From positions 62,001 through 126,000 of the forward strand of contig ML978147.1 in the NCBI GenBank assembly GCA_010015805.1: a DNA stretch of 64,000 nt, read 5' to 3'. The position numbers and the translations under genes were made by a program. Positions 9,356-22,024 of this stretch are shown here, one piece after another. Within the stretch, counting starts at the first letter, position 1. Every line of letters starts with the position of its first letter. The stretch is from Rhizodiscina lignyota (taxonomy: Eukaryota). The notes below the pieces were generated by a model that saw only the letters and a list, made by a program, of their open reading frames with translations, was not told where the DNA came from and ran no database searches.

Positions 9356-12070
9356 ATGGCCGACATCGACAAGAAAACCGATGGCCCGACGACCGACGAC
9401 GCAGCTGGCTTCGATTTCACCAAGCTTCCCGACTTTGATAAAGACTTTGTAGATGATGCTGGAATTATAGAGTTCGCCAAAGCTCTCGCCGCACCCGAGC
9501 CTTCACCTTCGAACGAAGACCTCCTTAGTGCTGCCCCGCAGCAACCCACCTCACTCTTCATAACAGCTTTGAACGATTGGAAACCGATCAGACAGCGTGT
9601 GCGGAAAAGGAGTAGTCGGAAACCTAGGAGAGGCAAGGATGAGACAAGGGAGGGATATGTCTACGGCCTTTTGAAATGGCCGCTGCTCTTCACCGTCTTC
9701 GGCTGGATTGTATTTCTTGGGATCTCATACATTCTCACGAGGTTTTACATCTATTTGTATGAGCACTGGGTGACGTGGCGAGGAGCAAGAGAAAGGCTAC
9801 GCAGGAAACTGAACAGCAGCAAGAGCTATGAGGACTGGGTGGAGTCTGCCCGAGAGCTGGATGCATTCCTGGGGAATGACACGTGGAAGAGACAGGATGA
9901 ATACGCTTACTATGACAGCAAGACAGTCCGGAGGGTCAAGAACAATCTGAGAGAGTACCGCAAGCGGGCCGAGGATGAAGAGCACGACTCCGTCACGAAC
10001 GGTACGTTGAGTCCGAATAGGAAACCTACTGCGATCCACGAATTACGAGAATTGCTCGAAGCCTGCGTGAAGAACAACTTTTCGGGCTTCGAGAATCCTA
10101 AACTCTACAGTGAGACATACTTCGGCACAAAGAACTTATTGCAAGACTTTGTCGAGGAAGTTGGCGAGTCATTGTCGCTCATCTTACGGACAAGCCAACT
10201 GTCGCGAGACGCCAAACGAGAGTTCTTCAGACACTTGCATACCAATTACGGTCGCTCTGCTCTCTGCCTTTCTGGTGGAGCTACATTTGCATATTACCAT
10301 ATCGGTGTCGCCAAGGCCATGCTCGATGCGAATCTGCTACCAGACGTCATCACTGGCACATCTGGCGGAGCTCTTGTTGCCGCTCTGCTCGCAACACGCA
10401 ACAACGATGAGCTGAAGCAGCTTCTAGTGCCAGCTTTGGCACACAAGATTACGGCTTGTCATGACAGTACGTGGACGTGGATGAAGCGATGGTGGCAGAC
10501 CGGAGCTCGGTTCGACAGCATCGACTGGGCCTGTCGCTGCTCGTGGTTTACGAGAGGAAGCATGACCTTTCGGGAAGCATACGTTAGGACTGGTCGGGTG
10601 TTAAACGTAGCTTGTGTGCCTTCGGACCCGCACTCTCCCGCTATCCTTGCAAACTATCTCACAAGTCCGGACTGCGTCATTTGGTCGGCGGTGATTGCGT
10701 CCGCTGCCGTTCCTGGAATTCTGAACCCAGTCGTACTAATGAAAAAGGTCAAAGTCATTGATCGAGACACAGGAGAGGAAACGGAGCGCCTCGAACCTTA
10801 TTCTTTCGGACACAAGTGGAAAGATGGCTCTTTGCGAACTGACATTCCCCTGCGCGCTCTCAATCTCCATTTCAACGTCAACTTTGCAATCGTATCACAA
10901 GTTAACCCTCATGTCAACCTATTTTTCTTCTCTTCGCGGGGTAGCGTCGGCCGTCCCGTTACGCACCGCAAAGGCCGCGGCTGGCGCGGCGGCTACATGG
11001 GCTCTGCGCTCGAGCAATACCTTAAGCTTGACATGACGAAGTGGCTCAAGGTGCTTCGACATCTCGAGCTCCTTCCACGACCTATGGGCCAGGACTGGTC
11101 GGAGATCTGGCTGCAGCAATTCAGCGGCACCATAACCATCTGGCCGAAGACTATCCCCTCGGATTTCTACTACATTCTTACCGATCCCACACCGCAAAGG
11201 CTCGCGCGGATGATACGTGTCGGCCAGCTGTGCGCTTGGCCGAAGCTCAAATTCATCGGCAATCGGATAAAGCTTGAGCGGCTGATTGATGAAGGGCGGC
11301 GCTCGACACGTCCTGTGCGCCCGAGACCGGGAGGTGATGGGATGGAGACGATCTTCTCTGAGGACGATTTACGCGGATTGCTTGAGAAGGCACAGAAGAA
11401 CAACGGCGCCATTACTCAGAATATTTCTGGAGTGGACGGTACGAGAGAGCATGCCGTGTCCTGTTACTCTCCGTCAGGATCCGACGCCGATGACTCCGAT
11501 ATCGAAGATGAGCGTGCAGCGCAGGAGAACCTCATGCCGACCCCGCCAATACACCGAGCAGAGAGCCCTTCTATATCTCAGCGCCTCGGGGGCTGGTGGC
11601 GATCCATTTCACCATCCAACTCTCGGTCTCCTAAGAAAGTCAATTCCCCGCCTCACATCATCGTGCCTCCGCGGACGACTTCAAATGATTCAAAACTCAA
11701 ACACATGCCTGCATCAGCAGCGCCGCATTTGTACAGCTACGACCGGCCGCAATCCATGTTTGAGCTTCGCCCCGATACGCCACGCACAAAGCAAGTTTCA
11801 TGGGAAGAAGAGCAGCGCAGGTTAGACACATTGATGGCGTATCGCGAGGCGCAGATTCAACACAGAAGGAGGGCGAGTTTAGTTGACGAATTGCGCAGGC
11901 AGAGCTTGGTGTTCTTCGATGACGGTTTCGATGCCGAAGATGACGTGGAACCAGTCTTTAGTCACGAGGGTGATGGGAATGCACATGGCTTTGCAGATGC
12001 AGAGGACAATTCCTGGCGTGAGGGTGGAAAGCAGCGCGCTACTGCGAGGAGATCAACGAGGACAGACTAG
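9356..12070 (+). CDS. Patatin-like phospholipase / triacylglycerol lipase (Tgl3/4/5-type, DUF3336 + patatin), 904 aa, intronless
   Basis: LCLSGGA oxyanion motif, GTSGG (GxSxG) nucleophile, ASAAVPG, KDGS catalytic Asp, N-terminal TM segment and VSQVNPH. Confidence 0.95.
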   Translation: MADIDKKTDGPTTDDAAGFDFTKLPDFDKDFVDDAGIIEFAKALAAPEPSPSNEDLLSAAPQQPTSLFITALNDWKPIRQRVRKRSSRKPRRGKDETREGYVYGLLKWPLLFTVFGWIVFLGISYILTRFYIYLYEHWVTWRGARERLRRKLNSSKSYEDWVESARELDAFLGNDTWKRQDEYAYYDSKTVRRVKNNLREYRKRAEDEEHDSVTNGTLSPNRKPTAIHELRELLEACVKNNFSGFENPKLYSETYFGTKNLLQDFVEEVGESLSLILRTSQLSRDAKREFFRHLHTNYGRSALCLSGGATFAYYHIGVAKAMLDANLLPDVITGTSGGALVAALLATRNNDELKQLLVPALAHKITACHDSTWTWMKRWWQTGARFDSIDWACRCSWFTRGSMTFREAYVRTGRVLNVACVPSDPHSPAILANYLTSPDCVIWSAVIASAAVPGILNPVVLMKKVKVIDRDTGEETERLEPYSFGHKWKDGSLRTDIPLRALNLHFNVNFAIVSQVNPHVNLFFFSSRGSVGRPVTHRKGRGWRGGYMGSALEQYLKLDMTKWLKVLRHLELLPRPMGQDWSEIWLQQFSGTITIWPKTIPSDFYYILTDPTPQRLARMIRVGQLCAWPKLKFIGNRIKLERLIDEGRRSTRPVRPRPGGDGMETIFSEDDLRGLLEKAQKNNGAITQNISGVDGTREHAVSCYSPSGSDADDSDIEDERAAQENLMPTPPIHRAESPSISQRLGGWWRSISPSNSRSPKKVNSPPHIIVPPRTTSNDSKLKHMPASAAPHLYSYDRPQSMFELRPDTPRTKQVSWEEEQRRLDTLMAYREAQIQHRRRASLVDELRRQSLVFFDDGFDAEDDVEPVFSHEGDGNAHGFADAEDNSWREGGKQRATARRSTRTD

Positions 12071-13896
12071 AGAAGGACGGTTTTTCGTGAGGTATGGTTA
12101 CGGCAAGCGCATGAATGATTCGAGATGGATAACCCTAGGATACCACATTGTTTTTCGCTTGAGATGCGGCAAAGCGCCGCGAAATTGGAGTCGTTGCGAA
12201 TTGAATGGATCTCCCTAAATCCTACATGGTACATCGAAATTGCGATTCCTCTTTGACTTCGCGTAGATCTTACGAGCTTCACAGACTGACTAAAAGCGGA
12301 CAGAGCTTGATCCCATGGAGGAATATCCTGGTTGTTTACGCATAGTGGTCGGTTTACCGGGTGGTTGCTCAAAGGTTTGTTTATTAATACCCTACCGGCG
12401 CTACATCTTGGTTGAATCATACTAGCAATCAGCGCGAGCAAGGCAGCCCGTCTGGTTGAAGTGGGGGATATGGTAATGTGCCTGATGACGTTTGAGAATC
12501 CCTCCATCAGTCTCTGGTATTTTCGCCCTACCGCAGCCGAATCCAGGTTAACGCTTGCACGATTCCATGCCCCGAGTTGTTTGTAACAAAATCCGGAAGC
12601 TAACAATGCTGGGAGAGTTGCCAGTCACCTGGCCACTTTTGGACGGGAGGATAGCTGCAGATATAGCGTCTCATAATGTCACCACGCCGAAAAAACTGGC
12701 CGTGTCATGGAAAGGTTCGCCCAGCCGCCTCGTCGGAACCAGTTCTTTTTTGATGATACATCTCGAATCTCTTGGGTTGTAAAATTCCTTTCAAAGATCT
12801 GGAGGTCAAAAATCTAAATATACCAGTATCGAAAGAGAGCCAAGAAGGGTAGTTTTGCGATGACGATGACTCCAGCAGCCGAAACAGAAAGACATAGTCT
12901 GCGGCTCAAGCTGCTCGCGCAAGAATTAGGAAATGTAACATGGCGATAAAGACGAAAATAAATCATATGTATACGCGCACGAATGACTGTGCATTTTATT
13001 GTATTGCTTGTCCCACTCTCGTCTCTCTTAGTACTCAACTTGTGGAGCTGATACTCGGGGCTTCCTGCACCCTCGCAACACGGCAAGGCAAGCTTCTCAT
13101 GTCACCTGTCGTCAGAATGCGAGAGGCAAGCCGCCGAGCTGGAAACAGCCAGTTCTGTGCAAGGCTGCGATGCGACGGGCCGGATCGGATGAAGGTGTAC
13201 AGACAGCAGAGCTGAGAGGCTATTGACGCAACTGTGTCATTCTCGATCGAGAAGCGCGTGCGAGGCTGCATATTGGAACCGGCGCGGCAAAGGGGCACTG
13301 CAAGGCTGGCCACCAATCGCCCAGAGCGCAAGATTTCAGTGTGGGGAAACGGTGCCGGCGATCCTCGTTTGAGAATTGCAGGCGCCGGACGCATTGTGCC
13401 AGCTGTGCGGCGTGGTGGATGAAGGGGCGGGCAGAGAAGTGGAGCGGCGTGTATGGGATGGCAGACTTGAAGCAGACGCCCCTTAGCCCCAGATTTCTGG
13501 TGGGCGCCAAGCGGCCAAGGAGCGCCTCTCCCGCCGCCACGCCGCCCGAACGTCACCGACGTTTCAGGCCGCAACGAATGGTGTTTTTGCGACGGCTGGA
13601 GAGCTGCACCAGCCTGCTGCACACGCCGCCCACAGCCCTTCCTATCATCTATGCTTGCGAGCACTGCCTCCAATTTGGCATCTTGCCGCTCTCCCGTTCG
13701 CTGTAGTAAGAAGAACCCCCCGGCCCTGCTGCAATGGCCTTCTCACGTTTGTGCGTGGGCGTGCGTGTGGATCCCCGCCGTAACACCACAAGAATGGGTG
13801 GCCCGCGGGACGTAAGTATATCGCTAGATATATGAAAACCACCTCCCTGTTCTTCTCTTCTACAATGCCACTTGCTCTACGCGAATTCCACCCTTC

Positions 13897-15335
13897 ATGA
13901 AGTCTGCGCCTCGATCTCCACGCTCCCCGCTGTCGCCCTCGAGGACGTGGAGCGGCTTGGAGCGTGCTAGCGATACTGCCTGGGCTGAGGTTTGTCATTG
14001 TATATTCCAATTTGGGCACAGCAGCGGTGTTCGTTAATATACGTATAGGGCCTAAGAGGCATTGCTGCCGTTGGTGTTGTCTCGTCACATCTCGTACTCT
14101 CCTTTGCGCTCGACCTCGTTCCTCCTTGCGATGACGGACCAGATGGAGATTCTCGCTTCTTCCAAGTTCCACTGTTCCGGCTCATCGTACAAGGAGAAGC
14201 CTTCGTCGCTCTCTTCTTTATCCTGACCGGCTTCGTCAACTCGCTCAAACCTCTGAAGCAGTCACAATCCAGTGACATTGAAGGCGCTCTCGTCTCGCTC
14301 GCTCGAAGTTCACTAAACCGGATACCACGCCTCATCTTGCCGGCCGCCACGGTGACTATCATAACATGGTTTGCTTGCCAGTTAGGCTTCTTTGAGCTGG
14401 CTCGACAGAGTGGAGCGTACTGGATGCGGGTCAACAGCCGACAGCCCAGTATCAGTTGGTCAAAGGCTGCGCAAGACCTTGTCGTCGCGTTGACGAACAC
14501 TTGGATCTGGGGCGAGAATCCGTACGATCAGCCACAGTGGGCTATGACATACCTGTTGAAAGGCTCGATGTATATCTTCATCCTCCTGCTGATCACGGCT
14601 ACTACGAGGCCTGGTTTTCGCTTTGTCGTATTCGGACTAGCATACGGCTGGAGCTGGCTATCTGGTGATGGTTAGTTCGGATGAATATTAATAACTACTG
14701 CAATATGCTAACATTCTCAAGGTCTCGTTGGTCTGAACGTCTTCGCCGGCATGTTCCTCGCCGAACTCCACACAACGCAAATGCTCCCCGAAATCCGATC
14801 CAAGGCACTTAGAGCTCTTCCTTTCTTCACTGCACTGCTCGGCCTGTATCTGATGTCTTTCCCCGCCGATTTTGCGGGCTGGAAGCCATGGACGCGACAG
14901 CTCAAGGACATTGGCAACGTCATCTTCCCCACCGGTGTGCATATGGGCAGATTTTGGACCGGCATCGGGGCTCAGATCCTCACTGCGTCCATTCAAATCT
15001 CTCCTGAGATGCGCAGAGGCCTTTCAACACGCGTATGCACCTTCCTCGGATCGATTAGCTTCTCGATCTATCTCCTCCATGGCCCTCTCATGCGGTCAGT
15101 GCTGGCGTGGATGACGTTCGGACCAAGCTGGCTGATTAACGCCGAGCTGGTAGACGACGCGGGCTTCATTCCTCCGCCGGCCGGAAATACTTTACTCTTT
15201 ATTCTGCCAATATTTGCGAGCTTCCTTGTCCTGGTCGCCAGTCTTTGGACCGTCAAAGTCGAGCCCTATTTTGGCAGGGCGACAAAGTTCCTTCAAAGCC
15301 TTGCAGATGCCGAAGGACCGATTCTCGTCAAATGA
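13897..15335 (+). CDS. Acyltransferase-3 family multipass O-acyltransferase, 442 aa
   Basis: Exons 13897-13989, 14049-14670, 14722-15335. Motifs EGLRGIAA..V..SH, FFILTGFV, R..RL.LP, YD.PQW, FLGSISFSIYLLH and VEP. Confidence 0.9.
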
Positions 15336-16907
15336 AAGGTCTCTGCCAGCAACTACACATTTTCCTTTTGTGCATACCTTATGCTTTGTCATTGAAGGTA
15401 TATGACTGCAAAGCGTTACAGGCGAACACCAAATAGATACCCTTTGTATTCAGGTCTCATTACATACCACGGCACCACTGCTGCCGATGTTCAAAATGAA
15501 ACATTTACATAGTTCTGGCGCACTTCCAGTTTGCTCTCACTCGCATGACGGGCTCGACTCTTCTGTGCCAGAACTGCAGCCTGCAGCACTGTGATATAGT
15601 CGTTCTAAACATCGGTTGAACACGCTGTGTGGTCCCATGTTGCCGTTCGTGTTTGATCTTCCCGTGGATATGTTGTTTCAACCGGAAGCGCCATTTAGCG
15701 AGAGTTAAGCAACACTAAGCTTGACGATCAAACGTTGAAACAAATCGGCTGTCACAATTGTCGCGGAGTAGTCCTTCTCGAAAATAGAATCCCGCTAATT
15801 ATGAAGGTCGGTGTTGCCGAGTTCCAACATGTTTCCAAAGAGCGAAAAGAACATGTGCGTTATGTGCAAGCAGGTCTCTTCTGCTGCGAACTAGTTGTTG
15901 GAGAGGCGCTCAATTGTGTACGGAAGCTCCGCAAATGTCTTGAACTTTAACGCCCCCAAAAAATCTAAGATATGGTCATGGTCCTGTCTGCGGCTGGTAT
16001 CGCGCGCTTCTCGACCTCTCTTCTACGTTACGGCTGGAGTCTCCTTAAATGCTTCGACCTCGTCTGCGAAGATCTCTCATTCCTTAAGAAACAACATGTT
16101 CTGACTGTTCTACACGCATTCAAGCGATGGACCTACCATGTGCAAGACTTTGCTTTTCACACTCGATCATCAATGGGAAAGTATACGTCGCTCCGATCAT
16201 GGTGTTTGGCCTGGCCCCAGCATCATATGGGAGCTCTAGTACATTGTGCCTCTTATAAACTCGACCTATTCCAACACATTGTGTAGCCGCGGAGGGAGCT
16301 GTGGGAACTACTCCCTTCCCTGATTTATCGAGCATCTGAACGCATGGTCGTCGAGTTGCGGTCTGAGTTGAGGCTAGCAAACGTTCACGCGGAGTTGCGG
16401 GAAAGTATATCAAAACTAACGATCGTCACTCCTTCTACCTCTGCCCTGGTTGCCCGTCAAGCGTGTCCTGCATCTAGTTCTCGGAGTGGGCTGTACTGGT
16501 ACCGTGGTGGTCCAGAAGGGTTTGACACGTGGCTCAGGTTACAATGTCAATACTAGTTTGAGCCGGCGAGGTGCACAGTGCTACTATAACTAGACCACTC
16601 TCGATCGAAGAAGGTATATATTCATGTTTTCATGCGATACTGCGCGATGCTGATGTTTCTAGTTCGAGGCGACGATTTTGTCGATGAGGCTGAGGATGTT
16701 GATAAGACTTAGTGAGAGGGATCCCATCATTCACTACTTCCGTGTTACTTTCTGCCTTCCCTCCACCAGTCCAATGCTAGCGTTAAGATTGCTTGAGCGC
16801 TCATTGGCTCTCTTTCCGTAGAAGCTGTAGCTCGATTTGGCGAAAAGCTCCGATTCAGTGCTCGAACTCGGAGAATTGAGAGATCTCTATTTTGCTAGGC
16901 AGGAAAA

Positions 16908-18908
16908 TCAAACCACTTGATTCTGATTAAAAAGTTCGCTAGTAGTAAACTCTTCATTCTTGTCATTGGCAAACTTGATATCAACAATGTGGACGTATTC
17001 CTCCATTCTCCATTCCGCGCGAGTCGAAGTGTTGATAACAAGGCAATGCTGTCTAAAATCCAAAGATTCAGTAAGGTGAGGTGCATCTAAGACTTGTTCT
17101 AGAAGGCGAGGTTGTTGTGCTGAGAGCTTGACAGAGAGAACAGCTCGTGTCTCGATTTTGGGGTGACGGGAACGGAACAAAACAACGACTGTAAAATTAA
17201 TAGCTTTAGTGGAGTTATCCTCCGTCTCTTTTGCTCCACTCAGTCCCTTATCACCGTTACTGGACCAAGTGAGAGCAGCTCGGGGCTCCGCTGAAAATGG
17301 TATCCGTAAAATACCAGTGGTGTGGGTACAGAACTGAGGCGGAAATGATTCCGTAATGGTAAATGGATGCAAGTGTGGCGGTGTGTGACATCTGATCCAG
17401 ATGTTTGAGGTCCGTTCCGGCTGCTTCTCTGCTGGTGTAGTTAACAGTCGGAGCGCGAACTCCCTAACAATGGTGAGCGATTCGATTGGCGCTCTTGCTG
17501 CATCCTCCCAGTCGATGACGACTAGAACATGCTCATATAGACTATACAAGAACATTCCATCATGTCCTCGACCTATGACGCTGACTCTGAGCGCAAGCGG
17601 TCCTCTGAAGTCATCAACATAGCGACAATTCAAGATCCAGAATATATTTCCCGTTGGCGATCTCCAAACCGGTGCTCTTATCTGAAGTCCCAAGTTGGTC
17701 AACAAAAACGGCTCGGCGACGCTATTGTTGTTCTGAATCGGTATGCGGATTACCCTGTTTCCGAGGGTAAAGTATCGTGGCTCGGGTGCAAAGATATTCC
17801 TTCGCAGAGGTTCCATCGAGAACGCAAAAATGGATTGATCAATCGAATAGTTGCTAATGAGTTGCTGGAGTCTGCGAAAAGCATGCGAACCCTCTCCATA
17901 CAGAGGCGGCATGCTGAGCTGAAAGATGCCAATCAGGCAATACGCCTCATCCTCTTTCCGCGTGCACTCCCTGGAAGCAGCCCACGACATCTTTCTGGCC
18001 ACACTCACAGTACGCAGCACAGGTCTTCCTTCAAGGAGAACGGCCTCGTCTATTCCAGTTATTCGATTGATAGGGCCTACGAGCTGCTTTTTGGTTCCGA
18101 TCAGCTTCCAGTCGGAGTCGAAGAAATTTACATCGTCCGGTGCAATCAATTCTTGAAGCGTCCAGCCCCTCTTGAACCATCTGCTCAGGAAGAAGTTTGA
18201 TATTTCCAGGCGCCGCAGAAAATATTCGTCCGGTGCAGTCTGTTCCTTACCGGTCCAGAGTCTCTCGAACCCCATGCTCTGGGAAACCTCAAATGTTTCC
18301 ATCCGGCGTAGCATATGTTCGCCCGGAGATGCGGGAGTGATGTAAACGTCCGACAGATACGCATAGCATGTTTCAGCATTCTTGTACCAATTCCACATTG
18401 AATTAATCGCTTCGCTCAGCTCTGCACTGCTGGATTTGTCTATACAGCATGTATCTACCTATTGCATAATCAGTCCAGATTGTCACGTATTATTTTACGG
18501 CGCACGGAGACCGAGAGCCAGTGGAAAGACTGTCGACAAAAATGATAGTATACTCCTCACCCACGAGAAACAAGAGGCAAAGACAAAGATAGAGTTATAT
18601 TCTCTATATGATATTAATCAAGCATTCAGACCTCAATTAAGGGTGAACCATTTTTTCGCAGCTTTGAAGGGCAAGAAGGAAGCTTCATATCGTACCCATG
18701 CAAATTTCAAGCCATCTTGGAGTGCTTGCTCACAGCAAGACCTGATCTTCTTGAAGCCAGCCATTTTTCTGGCAATCGGGTCCCGTATTTGTTGGAAAGA
18801 AACCTCTTCTTGGCCCCAGGTGTGCGAGAGGATGGCATATTTCGGGATGTCCTCACCGGAAAACTCGTGCTCGACGAGAGCGCAAGTCTCGGCATTTAGA
18901 AGTCTCAT
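16908..18908 (-). CDS. HET (heterokaryon incompatibility) domain protein, 587 aa
   Basis: Exons 18908-18696 and 18458-16908. MRLLN, YAILSHTWG, W|VDTCCIDKSSSAELSEAINSM..WY, WF.RGWTLQELIAP, RKEDEAYCL.GIF and LYGEG..AF.RLQ. No NACHT/WD40/ANK domains. Confidence 0.93.
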
Positions 18909-19296
18909 ATTGGGGCAAAGAGACAAACATGAATTGCTAAAAGAGGGCAAGTAAGAGTGCCACCCTGACGTGAATTGCTGGGTTGAAACTGGATGCTCTA
19001 ACTTTGAAGCCTTTTCGCCGAAAACCCCACGAAAGGTCTGGACCCGACATGTCGCTTAGTCAGCAGACGAAACGGCACAGGAGGATATAGCTAACAGGAC
19101 AGGTAACGAGTGCGTATACATTCAAACCAAAAATCAACCAGACGTGAGTGACAGCACTTTACCCTCCATAGCATTTCATTCTTAGCTCCGAGTGGGACAC
19201 TAACCGCTTGTGTACCACTGCTTACCCAAATCCCTGTGACAAGGAGTGACAACTTGTTACGTGCCGATGGAAACACCCCAAAGGTTCGCTAGTATC

Positions 19297-20333
19297 CTAA
19301 TAATTCACAAATTCTTTGACAGCATCATCCAGCGAGATCTTCTTGACGCCTGGATACCGATGATTGTCCAAATCGTCGCCAAGCTGGAACTCTGGGGTCT
19401 GGAAATAATACATGGAGAGTCTGGAAGCAAATGTGAATATTGGTGAGTTGAGAGCGCATGATATTAGTGGTTATTAGACTTACAGGCTGATATGTTGATG
19501 CCAAGGCGTATCAGTACCGGCGAGGGCCCGGACCTGCTCCTTTGCTTCGCTCATGCTCCCCTGATGTAATAAGGGCAGTGGAGATCCGTCTCCTTTGATC
19601 CTGCCAATTGCTGTAGCAATTTCGTTCATCGTTGCCTTAAAATCGACAACTGTACAAATAGATTAGCCAAACCAAAGGTCTCGAGGGTAAGGAGGACTGT
19701 ACGTTTGACGAAGCCCGTTGGCTCGTCCGGATCATTCGCAACCCTTGCCGCATATTCAGCAGCACTCTTGTATGAGACAAAATCTATTGTCTCATTACCT
19801 GTCCCCCAATATTTCGGCTCCTTTGGATTGAAAAAGACACCAAAAAAGGCCTCGACAAAGATGCCCACCAGAACATGAACCGCCTTTACTTGGATCGTTC
19901 CGTTTTCGTTTCCTTGTCGGAGGTATTCCCAAACCGCAATGTGGGCGTCCATAGGAGGCAGGTCACCGCGGTGAAGTGCGCGAAAATCGAGAGTAAAGTC
20001 GGAAGCAATGAATCGACCAACGCCCTCGGCGTCACAGGCTTCAATAAGAACCTTTGAAGAGTTCACCATGAGCTGAAAGTCCATGCGATTATATGCACAG
20101 ATGACAGTTGAGCAGCCAGTAATGGCCTTCTGGGCATCCTCGACACTCAGAGCGGAACCTGAAAACACTTTGAACCGGCTCGGGCGATCTGTGAGCGACT
20201 TCTCGATCTTTTCGGGGGAACGACAAAATCCATGGACGGTGGCTTCGGTCGTATCGAGTAGGTAGCTAGCAATCAGAGTACCCAACTTCCCTGTGACGCC
20301 AGCAATGGCGATACATGTTGGAGTCGCCCTCAT
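19297..20333 (-). CDS. NmrA-like / isoflavone-reductase-like NAD(P)-binding protein, 306 aa
   Basis: Exons 20333-19703, 19649-19484, 19420-19297. AGVTGKLG Rossmann motif, RFIASDF.LDF, YWGTG.E and C-terminal DNHRYP. Confidence 0.88.
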
Positions 20334-20470
20334 GCTGACCAGACTGAAATGCTGAAATTGTGTAGCCTAGAATTGAAGATAGAGAAGCTTTGTTGAAATT
20401 GTCAGAAGACACCTATGGCTTTCGCAAGGTCGATAAGGAGCTTTATGATAATGTCACTCGATCATTTTTT

Positions 20471-20541
20471 TGCAGTATTCGGCGTTACAGGTCGGACTCG
20501 GCGATCACCACCGAATGCCAAGACCGAATACCGAATATGCA
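20471..20541. promoter_or_regulatory. Cluster of CGG/CCG triplets in an imperfect inverted repeat; putative Zn2Cys6 binding site upstream of the NmrA gene
   Basis: TCGG at 20479, 20492, 20498 and CCGA at 20511, 20524, 20531. Arms TGCAGTATTCGG and CCGAATATGCA. Lies about 140-210 nt upstream of the NmrA ATG. Confidence 0.45.
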
Positions 20542-20653
20542 GGGGAATTTCACACATGTGGGCTGCAGTAATAAACCACATTTCGCATGCATTCTGCGCT
20601 CCATATGAGCAGTGCGACTTCGGAGGTTCCTCTCGTGCGAGATGAGAGAAAAC

Positions 20654-22024
20654 TCATTTGAGGAGACCATTGTCAGTGAGGACCTCTCGAATGAGATTCA
20701 ACTTGTCCATGAGTCCAGCCGAACGAGAATGAGCAACCTCGCAAACAGGAACCAGAGTCTCCAGAAAAGTCGCATCAATGCCAGTAGCGCTTGGGGGAGC
20801 TGTGGGATTTCCATCGGGTGAATCGGTGTTGAGATGAGCGTTGTGATCGGTTGAGTTTTCCCGGATAGAGTCTGTAAGCCTTCCAAAAGACTGCTCCAAG
20901 GAATATATCAGGTCTGCAATGAGAGAGACCACTGCGGACCATACACTCGACTTGGATGCTGTCACAAATGAGCCGATCTTGAGCGGAAGACATGCACTCC
21001 CATGGTACTCTGACGAGTTGAATATGCCACACCGAACCATTTCGTTCGTATGTGCAAAGGTTTGCTCCCAGATAGAGACAATTTGATGGTGACAAGAGAG
21101 GGCAACCAAGATAGTGGCTTGGCTCACTGATGATTTAGTAGCAGCATCTTGCGATTTGCGCCGAGGGTCTCCTGGCAGAACCTGGCATGCAGGTATGGGA
21201 GCTCCAACCATTGATGCAAGATCAGAATAGAGATCAGTCAGCCTCTGGGTAAAGTGAAAAACTTCTGAAATTGAAGGCATATTCGGTCGATTAGACCCAT
21301 CAAGACCATGGGCACGGCACGTTGGATTTGATGAATTGTCTCCCGTAGCATTCGCGGGAAAGTTAAACGACTGGCCGGAGCTGTGGATTGAGAGTGGCGG
21401 GTGGGTATTTTTATGCAGAACCAGCATTCTAAAGAGTTCCGATAGCTGCAAATCGATGGATTGCTCCCTAGGGCTCTCCGTATTGGACGTTGATACCTCT
21501 GCGGTGCATTCGCTCGCCATACCGCCAGTGATTGGTTGGGTTAGAATCTTTGGAGAAACCTGCCCAATCCCAGAGAGCTCAGACGCTCCAGGTTGAACAA
21601 CAGGAGCATCGAAATGCGACATCAAAGGCACTGTTGACATGTCCATGTTGGATAATGAGAGTGTGTCAGGTCCAAAGCTGGGATCGACGAATGGAATGTC
21701 AGTTCCTGCTGCTATTCCGTAGATATTTCCCTCCTCTGTCATCACCGCGTCCAGGCTGCTATCAACGTTCGATCCGAATCCAATGCTATCTAGAATTGTT
21801 AGACTGTTTCGAGATGAAATGCCCATAGGGACATCGGAAACCCCTTGCTCTACGCCGAGGGGCCAATCAAAGTTTCCACGCTTCGGAGCCCTCGACACAC
21901 ATTGTGCTCCTGCCTTCCGACATCGAACACAGGTCTCGCCAGGCGAGGGCCGGAGACAACGGAGCTTTTGCCCATGACAGCGGTCACATGCAGCAATTCT
22001 TCGTCGTTGTATTGCCTGAGCCAT
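20654..22024 (-). CDS. Zn2Cys6 (GAL4-type) transcription factor, intronless, 456 aa, cluster-regulator-like
   Basis: ACDRCHGQKLRC...CVRC...GAQC binuclear cluster at the N-terminus. Confidence 0.92.
   Translation of the reverse strand: MAQAIQRRRIAACDRCHGQKLRCLRPSPGETCVRCRKAGAQCVSRAPKRGNFDWPLGVEQGVSDVPMGISSRNSLTILDSIGFGSNVDSSLDAVMTEEGNIYGIAAGTDIPFVDPSFGPDTLSLSNMDMSTVPLMSHFDAPVVQPGASELSGIGQVSPKILTQPITGGMASECTAEVSTSNTESPREQSIDLQLSELFRMLVLHKNTHPPLSIHSSGQSFNFPANATGDNSSNPTCRAHGLDGSNRPNMPSISEVFHFTQRLTDLYSDLASMVGAPIPACQVLPGDPRRKSQDAATKSSVSQATILVALSCHHQIVSIWEQTFAHTNEMVRCGIFNSSEYHGSACLPLKIGSFVTASKSSVWSAVVSLIADLIYSLEQSFGRLTDSIRENSTDHNAHLNTDSPDGNPTAPPSATGIDATFLETLVPVCEVAHSRSAGLMDKLNLIREVLTDNGLLK

Noticed and set aside
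12940..13706. Overlapping GC-rich ORFs on both strands (also at 29.8-32.6, 47.3-48.5 and 61.1-62.2 kb)
   Set aside because: Arg/Ala/Pro-rich compositions typical of chance ORFs in GC-rich promoter or UTR DNA, mostly with non-ATG starts.
15700..16720. Possible decayed gene between the acyltransferase and HET genes
   Set aside because: There are protein-looking stretches, but stop density is near random expectation and I recognise no family.
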